A stretch of DNA of 64,000 bases from a virus. Its lineage: Duplodnaviria > Caudoviricetes. Shown here piece after piece: positions 36,556-45,605 of this stretch. Positions within the stretch are counted from its first letter, which is position 1; each line of letters starts with the position of its first letter. Below the pieces are notes generated by a model. The model did no database searches, had not been told where the DNA came from, and saw only the letters and a program-made list of their open reading frames with translations. The stretch is from the IMG/VR virus record IMGVR_UViG_3300047160_014545, positions 17,625 to 81,624 of that record, one strand, 5' to 3'. Both the position numbers and the translations under genes were made by a program.

Positions 36556-37576
36556 TGATCACCAGCCCGCGCACATGCTCCCTATACCACTCATCTGTAT
36601 TCTGCCCTTGCCAGAGCTTCAGGAAGATCGGGCGGTTGTGAGGTGCCACCAGATTATCTAGCAGGTAATCGCGGTATTCATGCCAGTCCCGAAACACCGA
36701 GGGCAACTTGGTCGGGACCAGATCTTCGTGTATGTGATTATAGGTCGATGCTCCGGGAACACGACGCACAAAGCGATCGTAAGTTTCGGGCTCAACTTCC
36801 TGCAGAATAGCAATCCAGCGAATCGACGTCTCATGAATTAAAAACGATACCCTCATATCATGACGAGCAATTCCGTAGCGGAAATAATAATCATAAACCC
36901 GGTTGTAAGGCAGATTATTCTTGGCGAGGCAAACCCAGACATCCTGATCGGTAAAATCATAGATTGGCCAGAAAGTGCGGGTCGGGCCGAACATTCGTTT
37001 TTCGCACCACTTGATATGCTTATAGGTACCCCCGCCGGCAGTGAACTGAAGGCGGCGCATCGGGCTCTCCACCATGCGGATCCCGACAAGCACGCCCACA
37101 TGCTTCTTCCCGGCGACACCGCAGTGCTGGTGCATGTTCTTGCTGATCTGAGCGTATCGGTCGTAGGGGGCGCACGGGTTGACTTTGATGCTGATGGGAT
37201 CTTGCGGGCGGATCCATAAATCCTGTGCCTCGGGATCCCAGCAAGTCAAAAAGCCGCTGGTGTGCGACAGGCTGTTTGTCAGCCGGAACGGAAACTGAAA
37301 CCAATAGGGCTCGATGTCCGGGGAATATAAAACCTGTCGCATGTGATCATAGGTACCCTGCCACTCGACCTCCTGGTCGAGCCAGACCACCTTGATTTTA
37401 GAAATGCCCCGCTCTTTGGCGACAACCCGGGCGAGGTGCAGCAACACAGTGCTGTCCTTGCCGCCCGACATGGCGACGATGACGTCGTCGCACTCGTCAT
37501 AGACAAAGCGGACGCGATCTAACGCCGCCTCGTAAACCGTGATGTTCTTGTAGGTATTTGCGCGCTTGATGGCTAT
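36485..37576 (-). CDS. IbrA/YbdN-like PAPS-reductase-family (PP-loop) protein
   Basis: NITVYEAALDRVRFVYDECDDVIVAMSGGKDS...GIRMVES...WPIYDFTDQDVW. The conserved N-terminus extends upstream of ATG 37471 to an ATA at 37576. Confidence 0.85.
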   Translation of the reverse strand: MAIKRANTYKNITVYEAALDRVRFVYDECDDVIVAMSGGKDSTVLLHLARVVAKERGISKIKVVWLDQEVEWQGTYDHMRQVLYSPDIEPYWFQFPFRLTNSLSHTSGFLTCWDPEAQDLWIRPQDPISIKVNPCAPYDRYAQISKNMHQHCGVAGKKHVGVLVGIRMVESPMRRLQFTAGGGTYKHIKWCEKRMFGPTRTFWPIYDFTDQDVWVCLAKNNLPYNRVYDYYFRYGIARHDMRVSFLIHETSIRWIAILQEVEPETYDRFVRRVPGASTYNHIHEDLVPTKLPSVFRDWHEYRDYLLDNLVAPHNRPIFLKLWQGQNTDEWYREHVRGLVINDVDGTKSKAKKIAIDQRPHVRT

Positions 37577-37646
37577 TTCAGGGGGATCCTACCAAAGCTG
37601 AACCTGCGGCATAAGGCGCATCGTTGCTTGAGCCATCGCCAGAGGC

Positions 37647-37841
37647 TCATTCGCTCGCCTGCCGGCGCCGCCGGCTAATGCCAAAGCGGCCGCGGCCTCG
37701 GGTATCTGTCGCCCGACTATCAGAACCGCCGTGCTCCCGCACATACTGATCGAACGGCATCTTGGTGCCGTCAGGCAAAACGATGTTCGTTTGGTCCAGG
37801 TACTGCAAAAAGAAACGGTCGGGCCCGTCATTATCAGCCAC
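37647..37841 (-). CDS. Small protein directly downstream of the kinase-ART gene
   Basis: 64 aa; RBS AGGAGGAG. Confidence 0.55.
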   Translation of the reverse strand: MADNDGPDRFFLQYLDQTNIVLPDGTKMPFDQYVREHGGSDSRATDTRGRGRFGISRRRRQASE

Positions 37842-37843
37842 AG

Positions 37844-40045
37844 CTACTCTCCTCCTTTATCCATTTCGCATTCCATATATTTCTTTTGCCTATCGAAATG
37901 CGTGATTTTCAGAAACACGCCGCGATTAAAAAGGATCTCGCTTTCACCAACGTTGGCTACCGTAGTTCCTGGCATGCCGGCAGGAGCGGTGATTTTGATG
38001 GTCATGCCGCCCCAACTTTTCATAGGGTTCGGATCAAGGCTGGTTGAGACAAAACCCCGTTCCTCCCAGCGCATTCCGACCGTGCCGATGGACATCAACG
38101 CCGCCTGATATGGTCCCTTGACCCGGCGCCACAAGGTCATCGGCAAAGGCGTTTTCGCCTGGCCCAGCCACTCGTCAAGAGCCTTCACACGGGTGTCCGT
38201 GCAATCTACCTGCTGGCGCATGCAATCGTTCATATCGGTATAACCGCTTCCCTTATAGCTGCTCAGAGAAGACTGCTGATCAGGCGTTATTTCTGGTCGA
38301 TGCGTTTCGAGCTTGTGATAGGCGTCCGAATAACTTCCTGCAGCTATGGAGCTCTCGATCTCGGCGACCGGCACCGGCGCTGGTTTTGGCATTGGTGGCG
38401 GTTTGGGGGGCGGAGCGGGTGCAACCGGCTTCACGGGAGCCGTGACATCGGCACTAAGAATGGTATTTCTTCTATCTGCTAATTTGGTCGCGAGAGATTG
38501 CTTCGCAGCCGAATCGCCAGGACCCCATTGCTCAACTACAGAAAGAATAGCCGCCTCTGAAATTTGCAGAGACTTCTTTGATTCCTGCAATTCCTGTGGT
38601 GTCATATCGCCATAAAGCGAAGCAGCTGACGGATTCTTATGCGGGTCTCGCATCGTTGTCCATTCCGATGCCTGATATCCGAAGGCGTCTCCCTTCGGGG
38701 TTCCCCCAGCGCGGTAGAGCAGAGCGCCGCCAAAATCCAGCGGCAATAACTTTCCGTTTTTATCTGCCCCGACATTATCGCCGGTCAGCCCGACTGCGTC
38801 CCAATTGGCCAGCCATGCGTGGATCGCGAAATCCTTCTTGGCCTGCGCCCGCTGCTCGGGCGTGAGTTCCTTCAGGTTGTCTTTGCCGAGGTCGACCATC
38901 TTGGTCGCCACTCCGAGCTTACCTTCGGGCAACGCCACCGGGTGATAATCCAGAGTGCTGCCCCCAGCCAGCCGGAAAAGAGCGGCAGCGAGCATCTCAT
39001 TCGCGGCGTGGGCATCGGTCTTAGAGAACTTCACATAGTATTTATTCCCTGATGCGTCCTCGAACACACCGCCCGGGTTCGAACCCTTTTGCGGCCCAAC
39101 CTGCTTGAGATTGGCGAAGTTCAAAATCGGCCCGATCGCCGAGTTGGCTCGTTCAACCGGCGAAAGCTCTTTCTTGGGCGTCGGCACCTCCGGCTCTGGC
39201 TTGGCCGCAGGAGCCTCTGCGGGGACTGCTGGCGCTTCGCCGCCGGGCTTGCCCTTGAACTTGCCGCCGGGCCCGCGCGGATGGAGCGCTTCAAACGCTA
39301 TATTGAGCTGCTGCTGAGTCGTACCCTGAACGATTCCTTTTTCCTTTGTCCAAAGCTGCCACTTTCCGGCATTCGGGGGATCAATCCCGATAACGAGGGA
39401 TTCAGTTCCCGCGTTGTTGACCCACCGCATGGCCTGGCCGCCCTGCCACTTGGTGCCCTCCATATTTGGCAAAACCGCATTCACCCCAGGCGGAGGTGCT
39501 AGCGGCGTCTTTCCGGCGGCTGGTTCCTTTGCTTCAGGCTTCGCCGCCGGGGCCGCTGCGGAGGCCGCTGGAGCAGGGGAAGGCTTTTCGTGATGGATAT
39601 GTACCTGTGGCTCGTTAGGGTGCTCCAGCAAGCTCTGGAGAGCCGCTAGACCCTTGCCAGTTTTCTCTACTCGATAGCCGGGTCCGGCACTCACCCATTT
39701 GAAAGACCCCGACGGGATATATTTAGATTTGCCAGAGGTTGGCGGGTCAAACGAGAAGGTGAGCGTTTTCCCGCTCGGATGCGCAAAAGTCTGCTGTCCC
39801 TTTTGATGTTGAAATCCGAGTTCCTGTAACAGGTTTGTAATTTTCGAGCTTAGTGAGTAGGGGGCGCCCTTTGCAGCTGCCGGCGTTTCCTTTCCTACCG
39901 CTGCCGCTTCGCCGCCCCCCTCGCCTGCCTTGACAAACTGCCCACCCTTGCCGGTGCCCTTGGCACCGCGCGGATGCTCAGCTTCCTTGAATTCATCGCG
40001 GAAATAATACCTCTTGTGTCCGATATGGATCCCGATGGTTAGCAT
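37844..40045 (-). CDS. Polyvalent effector: HipA/CtkA/PI3-4K-like kinase plus VIP2-type ADP-ribosyltransferase
   Basis: Kinase: YYVKF...NEMLAA...WLANWDAVG..DNV...LDFGGAL. ART: LWRR...FVSTS...ESEILF (R-S-ExE). Confidence 0.8.
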   Translation of the reverse strand: MLTIGIHIGHKRYYFRDEFKEAEHPRGAKGTGKGGQFVKAGEGGGEAAAVGKETPAAAKGAPYSLSSKITNLLQELGFQHQKGQQTFAHPSGKTLTFSFDPPTSGKSKYIPSGSFKWVSAGPGYRVEKTGKGLAALQSLLEHPNEPQVHIHHEKPSPAPAASAAAPAAKPEAKEPAAGKTPLAPPPGVNAVLPNMEGTKWQGGQAMRWVNNAGTESLVIGIDPPNAGKWQLWTKEKGIVQGTTQQQLNIAFEALHPRGPGGKFKGKPGGEAPAVPAEAPAAKPEPEVPTPKKELSPVERANSAIGPILNFANLKQVGPQKGSNPGGVFEDASGNKYYVKFSKTDAHAANEMLAAALFRLAGGSTLDYHPVALPEGKLGVATKMVDLGKDNLKELTPEQRAQAKKDFAIHAWLANWDAVGLTGDNVGADKNGKLLPLDFGGALLYRAGGTPKGDAFGYQASEWTTMRDPHKNPSAASLYGDMTPQELQESKKSLQISEAAILSVVEQWGPGDSAAKQSLATKLADRRNTILSADVTAPVKPVAPAPPPKPPPMPKPAPVPVAEIESSIAAGSYSDAYHKLETHRPEITPDQQSSLSSYKGSGYTDMNDCMRQQVDCTDTRVKALDEWLGQAKTPLPMTLWRRVKGPYQAALMSIGTVGMRWEERGFVSTSLDPNPMKSWGGMTIKITAPAGMPGTTVANVGESEILFNRGVFLKITHFDRQKKYMECEMDKGGE

Positions 40046-40343
40046 CCTGCGCCCTCTTCAGGATTCCCCAAACGTTACCGTAAAGTGCCGACCGGGAGGT
40101 GTCTACCGTCTCTTTGAAGTTATGATAATCGATCCTCATAATTAGCGCAAACACTGCGTCTGCAACAGTCCGCCGCGGAAGAGATATTCGATAGCGATAA
40201 TCGGCATCTGGCGTGAAGCTGATTTTTGCCCTTGGAAAAAGTTTCTGAAGATCTCGGCGAAAACGCCCGCGCACCATTAAATTATCAGAGTTGTTTTTGT
40301 CTTCGACGACCGAGATAAAGCCACGCGTGGCGAACACCCACAT
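39993..40343 (-). CDS. Conserved phage protein (MWVFATRGFISVV...DYRYR...IDYHNFK)
   Basis: Motif seen; ATG at 40343 behind AAAGGA. Confidence 0.65.
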   Translation of the reverse strand: MWVFATRGFISVVEDKNNSDNLMVRGRFRRDLQKLFPRAKISFTPDADYRYRISLPRRTVADAVFALIMRIDYHNFKETVDTSRSALYGNVWGILKRAQDANHRDPYRTQEVLFPR

Positions 40344-40394
40344 TTTTATTTTTCCTTTCTGCCGCATTTATTTTTAGCGGCGTGCGCCACAGCC

Positions 40395-40661
40395 TCATGG
40401 CGTGGTGCCCATGATCTTGGCGTTCGCCGAGGTAAGCTCGCGCACCATCGAGCAATGCACGCTGAGCAATTCAGCCCGCATCTTGCGGGTGCCCTCCACA
40501 TCGCCGGGTATATGATGGCCCGCCAACCAGATCGCCAGGCAATCAGCAAGCACCGCCCCCTGAACTTCGGCTGGCTTGCCAGCTAACAACGGCCCGAATT
40601 GCTCGACGATTGCCGCAACCTGCTCGGCGCGTCCGGTTATTTTCGCGTGGTCATCACACAT
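40395..40661 (-). CDS. Hypothetical protein
   Basis: 88 aa. Confidence 0.5.
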   Translation of the reverse strand: MCDDHAKITGRAEQVAAIVEQFGPLLAGKPAEVQGAVLADCLAIWLAGHHIPGDVEGTRKMRAELLSVHCSMVRELTSANAKIMGTTP

Positions 40662-41052
40662 GAAACACCGGCAGCGGCACGTCTTGCGCCCGCACCGGGC
40701 GATAGGGTGTTAGCCTCGGGTCGCGCCGGCCGAGCTCCCGCGCCTGGCGGATCGCCTCCGCCTCGAGGCGGTAACGCTGCTCGCTCAGCGGCATCGGTTG
40801 TTTCCAATGTCCAGCAAGGCAAGTCTGCCGCTCGCGGGCGAATTCGAACACCGGCTCGGTCCAGATCGACTTAGGCGGATCATACCATTCGCCACCGACC
40901 TCAGCGGCGAGAAACGGCTTGCCGCCGCGGTCAAGCTTGTTTTCAGGATCCCCCGGCTCGTGGTCGCACCACCAAATGCGCACCGGCACAAACGGGCCAC
41001 GGCGAACCATCTGCATCAGCCAGCAACCAGTTTGAGGGACGAAGCTAGACAT
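40654..41052 (-). CDS. Hypothetical protein (VRRGPFVPVRIWW)
   Basis: 132 aa. Confidence 0.55.
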   Translation of the reverse strand: MSSFVPQTGCWLMQMVRRGPFVPVRIWWCDHEPGDPENKLDRGGKPFLAAEVGGEWYDPPKSIWTEPVFEFARERQTCLAGHWKQPMPLSEQRYRLEAEAIRQARELGRRDPRLTPYRPVRAQDVPLPVFHV

Positions 41053-41374
41053 TGCCGAAGGTCATCCCACCAGATCGGCTGGGATGATGCGCTCCATCAC
41101 ACGCTTGGTTTGCGGGCGCGGGCTCTGCCTCTCCATCGCCGAGCACCGACAAACGCCAGCTGTCGTCGAGCACCACCAGCCCAACTCCGCTCGTCAGCGT
41201 ACCGAGAAAACATTGTCGCACATTAAGGTCAAACTGGGCGCGCTCTTCACGCGGCATCGTCTGCAGAAACGGCACCCACACGACGAGCGTATCGCCGGGG
41301 TTAAGCGCCAAGCGCTCGATGCGCGGGGTATCGGGCAAAAGCGGGGACATCGTCCCCTCCTTTAGATTGTCCAT
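41045..41374 (-). CDS. Hypothetical protein
   Basis: 109 aa. Confidence 0.45.
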   Translation of the reverse strand: MDNLKEGTMSPLLPDTPRIERLALNPGDTLVVWVPFLQTMPREERAQFDLNVRQCFLGTLTSGVGLVVLDDSWRLSVLGDGEAEPAPANQACDGAHHPSRSGGMTFGNV

Positions 41375-41397
41375 ATGTTTCCTCTCTCTTATATTTG

Positions 41398-41432
41398 CGG
41401 AGAGTTGTCAAGGCGGTTTACAAAATGTCAAG
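41398..41432 (-). promoter_or_regulatory. Tandem TTGACA (20-bp period) followed by TCTCCG
   Basis: Minus strand cTTGACAttttgtaaaccgccTTGACAacTCTCCG. Confidence 0.4.
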
Positions 41433-41435
41433 CCT

Positions 41436-41768
41436 TTAATATCTCCTGCCGGTGGCACGAAGCAGCGCCAAATGCTGCTCATTTGGCGTAGGCACGTGCC
41501 TGAAAGGCGGCACCGGTGCCGGCTCAGATTCAACGGCAACCGGTTCCTTGGTCACACGCGGAATGTCACCATAACAGCGCCGCAAATATTCCCGGCCGCA
41601 AACCCGGCCAGTCGCGTCGTGTACCTCCCTGGCAATCTGCGTCCAGCTTAGCCCCCGAGCCCGCGCGGCCGTTACGATTTCAGCTTCGGACTTCTCGGTG
41701 GTCTGGGATTGGTCAGGCATTTTGCAACCCCTTGCATGCCACTTTGATTGAGCGCGGGTCATCAGCAC
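41436..41768 (-). CDS. HTH-like protein
   Basis: ARARGLSWTQIAREV. Confidence 0.45.
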   Translation of the reverse strand: MLMTRAQSKWHARGCKMPDQSQTTEKSEAEIVTAARARGLSWTQIAREVHDATGRVCGREYLRRCYGDIPRVTKEPVAVESEPAPVPPFRHVPTPNEQHLALLRATGRRY

Positions 41769-41987
41769 GCCCCGCAGTGGTGCAGGCGATGGATAGTCCG
41801 CAAATCCGACAGACTATATGCCACGCCCCGCACCGGCGAGCAGGATACGGTAACGCGATGATACAGGTCTTAGCTGCCCCTAGAGAAAGATCACAATCAA
41901 TGCCATGAGGATACGCTGGGTTCGGCTGACATTGGGGTTCGCGACCAGAGTCGAGCCAGCGCACGTCATGGGATGTTGGCGTGCCCG

Positions 41988-42197
41988 TCACCCGCAATCC
42001 TCCAGCTGATAGCCTTTTCTCATTTCGATGAGATGCTGTTGGAATTCGGTATGCGTGCCGACCCACCCACATCTGCAGCGCATTTCCGACCCGTCCAATC
42101 GACCAGCGAAAACGTCATGTCCGGGGACCCCCCAACGACGGATAATCTCTGCTTCGACCGCACTCCATCCGATTTTACCGGCATCTTTCCATATCAT
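41988..42197 (-). CDS. Hypothetical protein (CRCGW)
   Basis: 69 aa. Confidence 0.4.
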   Translation of the reverse strand: MIWKDAGKIGWSAVEAEIIRRWGVPGHDVFAGRLDGSEMRCRCGWVGTHTEFQQHLIEMRKGYQLEDCG

Positions 42198-42212
42198 TTA
42201 CAGCACCCCCGA

Positions 42213-42716
42213 CTAGAATGGAATGTCGTCGTCGAGCTCGGGATGACCGCCAACACGAGGCCGCTCGAACTGGGTGACGTTGTCGCCAAAATCGCTTGTA
42301 TTACCCCAGTTCCCGTCATCCTCGTCAAAGCCATTGGCGCGCGCCGCTGCCTTCTCGGCGCGCTTGTCGGTGAGCAGCAGGAATCTTCCACCCCAACCGC
42401 GCACCACGATTTCGGTCGAGTAACGGTCTTTGCCGTCCCTGTCCTGCCATTTGCGGGTCTGCAATTGCCCCTCGATATAAACGCGGTCACCCTTTCGCAC
42501 CGATTTCTCGATGTGCTTCACCAGGCCATCACCCCAAACGACGATGCTATGCCACTCGGTTTTTTCCTTGCGCCCGCCGCCGTTCTTGTCAAACCAGTAT
42601 TCCGAGGTCGCCACCGAAAGGTTCGCCAGGCGGTCGCCAGATGTAATTGAGCGCGTCTCCGGGTCCCGGCCCATCGTGCCGAGCACAGTCACCCGATTTA
42701 TGCAGTAGGAGGGCAT
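42213..42716 (-). CDS. ssb: Single-stranded DNA-binding protein
   Basis: NRVTVLGTMGRDPE...TEWHSIVVWG...KGDRVYIEGQLQTRKW; acidic tail DDDIPF. Confidence 0.95.
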   Translation of the reverse strand: MPSYCINRVTVLGTMGRDPETRSITSGDRLANLSVATSEYWFDKNGGGRKEKTEWHSIVVWGDGLVKHIEKSVRKGDRVYIEGQLQTRKWQDRDGKDRYSTEIVVRGWGGRFLLLTDKRAEKAAARANGFDEDDGNWGNTSDFGDNVTQFERPRVGGHPELDDDIPF

Positions 42717-42749
42717 GGAATTCTTTACTCCGAGGAATTTCTATAAATA

Positions 42750-43310
42750 CTATTTGCTACGCGGGATCGCCTTGACCTCGGCAACCGAATCCAAAAAACG
42801 CAAGCTTGTTTCAGCCCAATACACCATGCCGGAGCGCCCATGATTCATACTCCTATGATTCTCATGCTCCACCAGGAAACCGAGCTCCTGCCCGAACAAT
42901 CCAGTCGGGCATTTCTTAGGACATCCGCAGTTTATATCTCGGGGATTTGGCGTGCTGTTTTGGTGTAGAAACAGCAGCCACACCGGCAGTTTTGTGATCC
43001 TAGCGACGTGCTGATAATCTTCATAGTGCCGTAGATCGATTCCAGTAGTCCATCGCTGTGTTTTGCGGTGCCAACTGAATACAGACTTGTGCTTGGCTTC
43101 GCACCATAACACCCCCCATGCGCGAGTAAATACGAGCATGTCAGGCGCGACGTATTCACCAATCGGCGCAAAGAACTGTGGCCCCTTGCCGGTATGGTAC
43201 TCAGTCTCGTAAATCGGGAGGATCGAGTTTCCACGATCGCGAATCCACCTACCGATATATTTCTCGGACACCCGACCGGTCTTCAGATTATCTTCAAATG
43301 TCAAACCCAT
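42750..43310 (-). CDS. PD-(D/E)xK nuclease-like protein
   Basis: PDMLVF...WCEAKHK. Confidence 0.6.
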   Translation of the reverse strand: MGLTFEDNLKTGRVSEKYIGRWIRDRGNSILPIYETEYHTGKGPQFFAPIGEYVAPDMLVFTRAWGVLWCEAKHKSVFSWHRKTQRWTTGIDLRHYEDYQHVARITKLPVWLLFLHQNSTPNPRDINCGCPKKCPTGLFGQELGFLVEHENHRSMNHGRSGMVYWAETSLRFLDSVAEVKAIPRSK

Positions 43311-43315
43311 GATGA

Positions 43316-44932
43316 TTAACCAAGCACCCGCGCCTCCGCAGCATCGAAGAATTTCTTGTCGATCTCGATGCCGATGGCCCGCCGCCCGTTTTTCTTGGCT
43401 ACTGCCGGCACAGTCCCAACACCCATGAACGGATCTAACACCAACTCACCAGGAATCGTGATCAAATCGATAAGGTATGCCACAACCGCTTGCGGCTTCT
43501 GAGTCGGATGGAGCGGATTGCCCTTCTGATCGACGATACGCTCCTTTCCCTGACAAATCGGGAATCGCTGATAATTCAACCCCGCTCCATCTGCATCACC
43601 GGGATAGTTGAATGTGCGCACGCCACCAGGCTTGGAGAACTGGATCGCGTAGTCCATCGCCGGCATGAAGTCCGCCTTCGTTACACTTGGCCCAGGATTG
43701 GAACGGCACCAAAAGAACGTCTGGCGGATTTCAAATCCTGCCGCATCAAACAACGACTGAGCGACATTAAGCCAGCGCTCACCGACAAACATGAACCCGG
43801 TGCCGCCAGGTTTCAGAATCCTAAAAAACTCCGCGGCCCAATCCGCCATTGCAGCAACGAAATCACCCGCCTCGTGATTGTCCCAGTCACCGAAATTCTT
43901 GTTCCAGTCAGGCTGAGTGCTTAGCGTAAAGATACGATCATCACTGATATTGTATGGCGGGTCGGTGACAATAGCGTCGATGGCACCATCGCCAATTTTG
44001 GCTAGTTCATCCAGTGCGTCACCAAGGTGCAGCTGGACGCTGTAGCGCTTGGCCACCTTGTCGCGGGTAGCTTCGAGCAGCTTCTCCAGCTTTGGCCCCG
44101 GCCCTTTCTTGTCGAGCCACTCGTCGTCGTAGATCCCCTTATGCACCTGCTCGAAGGCCTCATCGATGATATCTTCGTCGACTTCCCCAAGCTGCCGTTT
44201 CAGCCAGCATTCCATCGCGGCCTGTGCATGATAGGAATCGGCCAAGCGCGAAAATTGCTTCTTGGTGAAGCGACGGTCGTTATCGTCTTTGCCGGCAGCG
44301 AGCCACTTCACCAGTTCGATCTGCAGACGCGGATTGAGCGCAATCGCGTCCGCGTCTTTCTTACCGAGCACGTCCCACTTGCGCGGCAGAAGCGCGCGGA
44401 GCAGGCCTTCCGTAAACATTGCCACAGGTGTGGCAATCTCTGCCACAACGCCCTGATCTCGTGGCAATCCGTTTTCTCGAACCGTTGTGGCAACAATATT
44501 CCAAGCTACAAGTGCTATCTTTTGGAGCAGGGCGTAGTTGCTGACGTCGCTCCGGCTCCATCCGAGCTCGCCGGCGACGGCCTGCTGCGTCTTGCCCTCG
44601 CCAAGCATCTGCCAGATCAGTTCCGCGTAGCAGCAGAATGTCATCGGCAGCGCGTCTTCACTGGCGATGTTCAGATCAATCGCCGCTTTCGTAAGAGAAC
44701 CATTCGGCGGCGGGCCGACGTCCATATACGCCTCGGTGTGCCCGAGCCGCTTCAAGGCCTCGTACTTGTGGTTGCCGCCATAAAGGATGCCATCGGCGGT
44801 GACAGCCAACGGATACTGGCGGAGCAATCCGAGCGTCTCGATCTTGTGGATCAGGCGCTCGATGTGGCGCTCGTTGAGCGGGCGGACGACGTGAATGCTC
44901 TCGATCGTCGAGAGCGGGAGTAACTCGGTCAT
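43316..44932 (-). CDS. ParB-HTH-DNA methyltransferase (N4/N6, beta class) fusion
   Basis: N-terminal ParB (PLAVTADGILYGGNHK), HTH (KTQQAVAGELGWSRSDVS), then TDPPY...HPTQKP...LDPFMGVG. Likely ATG at 44932. Confidence 0.85.
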   Translation of the reverse strand: MTELLPLSTIESIHVVRPLNERHIERLIHKIETLGLLRQYPLAVTADGILYGGNHKYEALKRLGHTEAYMDVGPPPNGSLTKAAIDLNIASEDALPMTFCCYAELIWQMLGEGKTQQAVAGELGWSRSDVSNYALLQKIALVAWNIVATTVRENGLPRDQGVVAEIATPVAMFTEGLLRALLPRKWDVLGKKDADAIALNPRLQIELVKWLAAGKDDNDRRFTKKQFSRLADSYHAQAAMECWLKRQLGEVDEDIIDEAFEQVHKGIYDDEWLDKKGPGPKLEKLLEATRDKVAKRYSVQLHLGDALDELAKIGDGAIDAIVTDPPYNISDDRIFTLSTQPDWNKNFGDWDNHEAGDFVAAMADWAAEFFRILKPGGTGFMFVGERWLNVAQSLFDAAGFEIRQTFFWCRSNPGPSVTKADFMPAMDYAIQFSKPGGVRTFNYPGDADGAGLNYQRFPICQGKERIVDQKGNPLHPTQKPQAVVAYLIDLITIPGELVLDPFMGVGTVPAVAKKNGRRAIGIEIDKKFFDAAEARVLG

Positions 44933-45087
44933 ATCAGGCCCTCTTCGTCTCCGGCTTGGCGGTCCCGGAATTGGATTACAGGAGCAGCTTACGCTGCGCC
45001 GGAAACGAAGAGGATTCCACGTTTCCAATTCTGTGCTGCCTCTCTCCGGCACCTCGGGTCAAGCTTCGCTTTTCGGCGCCGCCGGCT

Positions 45088-45291
45088 TTATCCCGACGAG
45101 CCCAATTCCAATTCCTCGTCAAACGCCTCGGCGTAGAAATCCGTCAGTGATTTCGGCCGGACGCGCTGCTTTTCCTCCCGAATATATTCCTGCCAGCGCT
45201 CAAAGCCGCGCAGAATCAGCTGGTGACCGAGGGTTGGCTTGGGCTTATTCATCGCCGCGCCCCAATCTCTCGCGCTATTGACTCGGCGCAC
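45088..45291 (-). CDS. Hypothetical protein
   Basis: 67 aa. Confidence 0.35.
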   Translation of the reverse strand: MRRVNSARDWGAAMNKPKPTLGHQLILRGFERWQEYIREEKQRVRPKSLTDFYAEAFDEELELGSSG

Positions 45292-45605
45292 AGATCTCCG
45301 TCCCGCCCAAATGGGCCAAGAGTTCGCCCGTCATCTGGGCTGCCCATCGAGCGGGCAATTTTGAGGCATTCTTCGCGCTCGCTTTTTACGCCGAGCGCAT
45401 GAGCGTCTATGGCGCTCGTCAGGCGTGCGTGGGCGAGCGCATCCAAAACTATTGCTTCAGCCCCGGCGCAACCCGGATACGCCTCTAGGATACGAGCCAC
45501 AGCCTGCCTATCAAACGGCTCCCACTGCGTCCGATAAGCAACCTCTTGTTCCCCGCTCTGGTCCTGGTCGAGCGCGCCCAACTGTTCTGCATCATCAGCC
45601 ATCAT
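45249..45605 (-). CDS. Hypothetical protein
   Basis: ATGA-coupled start at 45605. Confidence 0.45.
   Translation of the reverse strand: MMADDAEQLGALDQDQSGEQEVAYRTQWEPFDRQAVARILEAYPGCAGAEAIVLDALAHARLTSAIDAHALGVKSEREECLKIARSMGSPDDGRTLGPFGRDGDLCAESIAREIGARR

Noticed and set aside
14958-37591. Alternative genetic code (stop-codon recoding) suggested by two in-frame upstream stops
   Set aside because: TAG and TGA terminate many well-conserved genes normally in this window.
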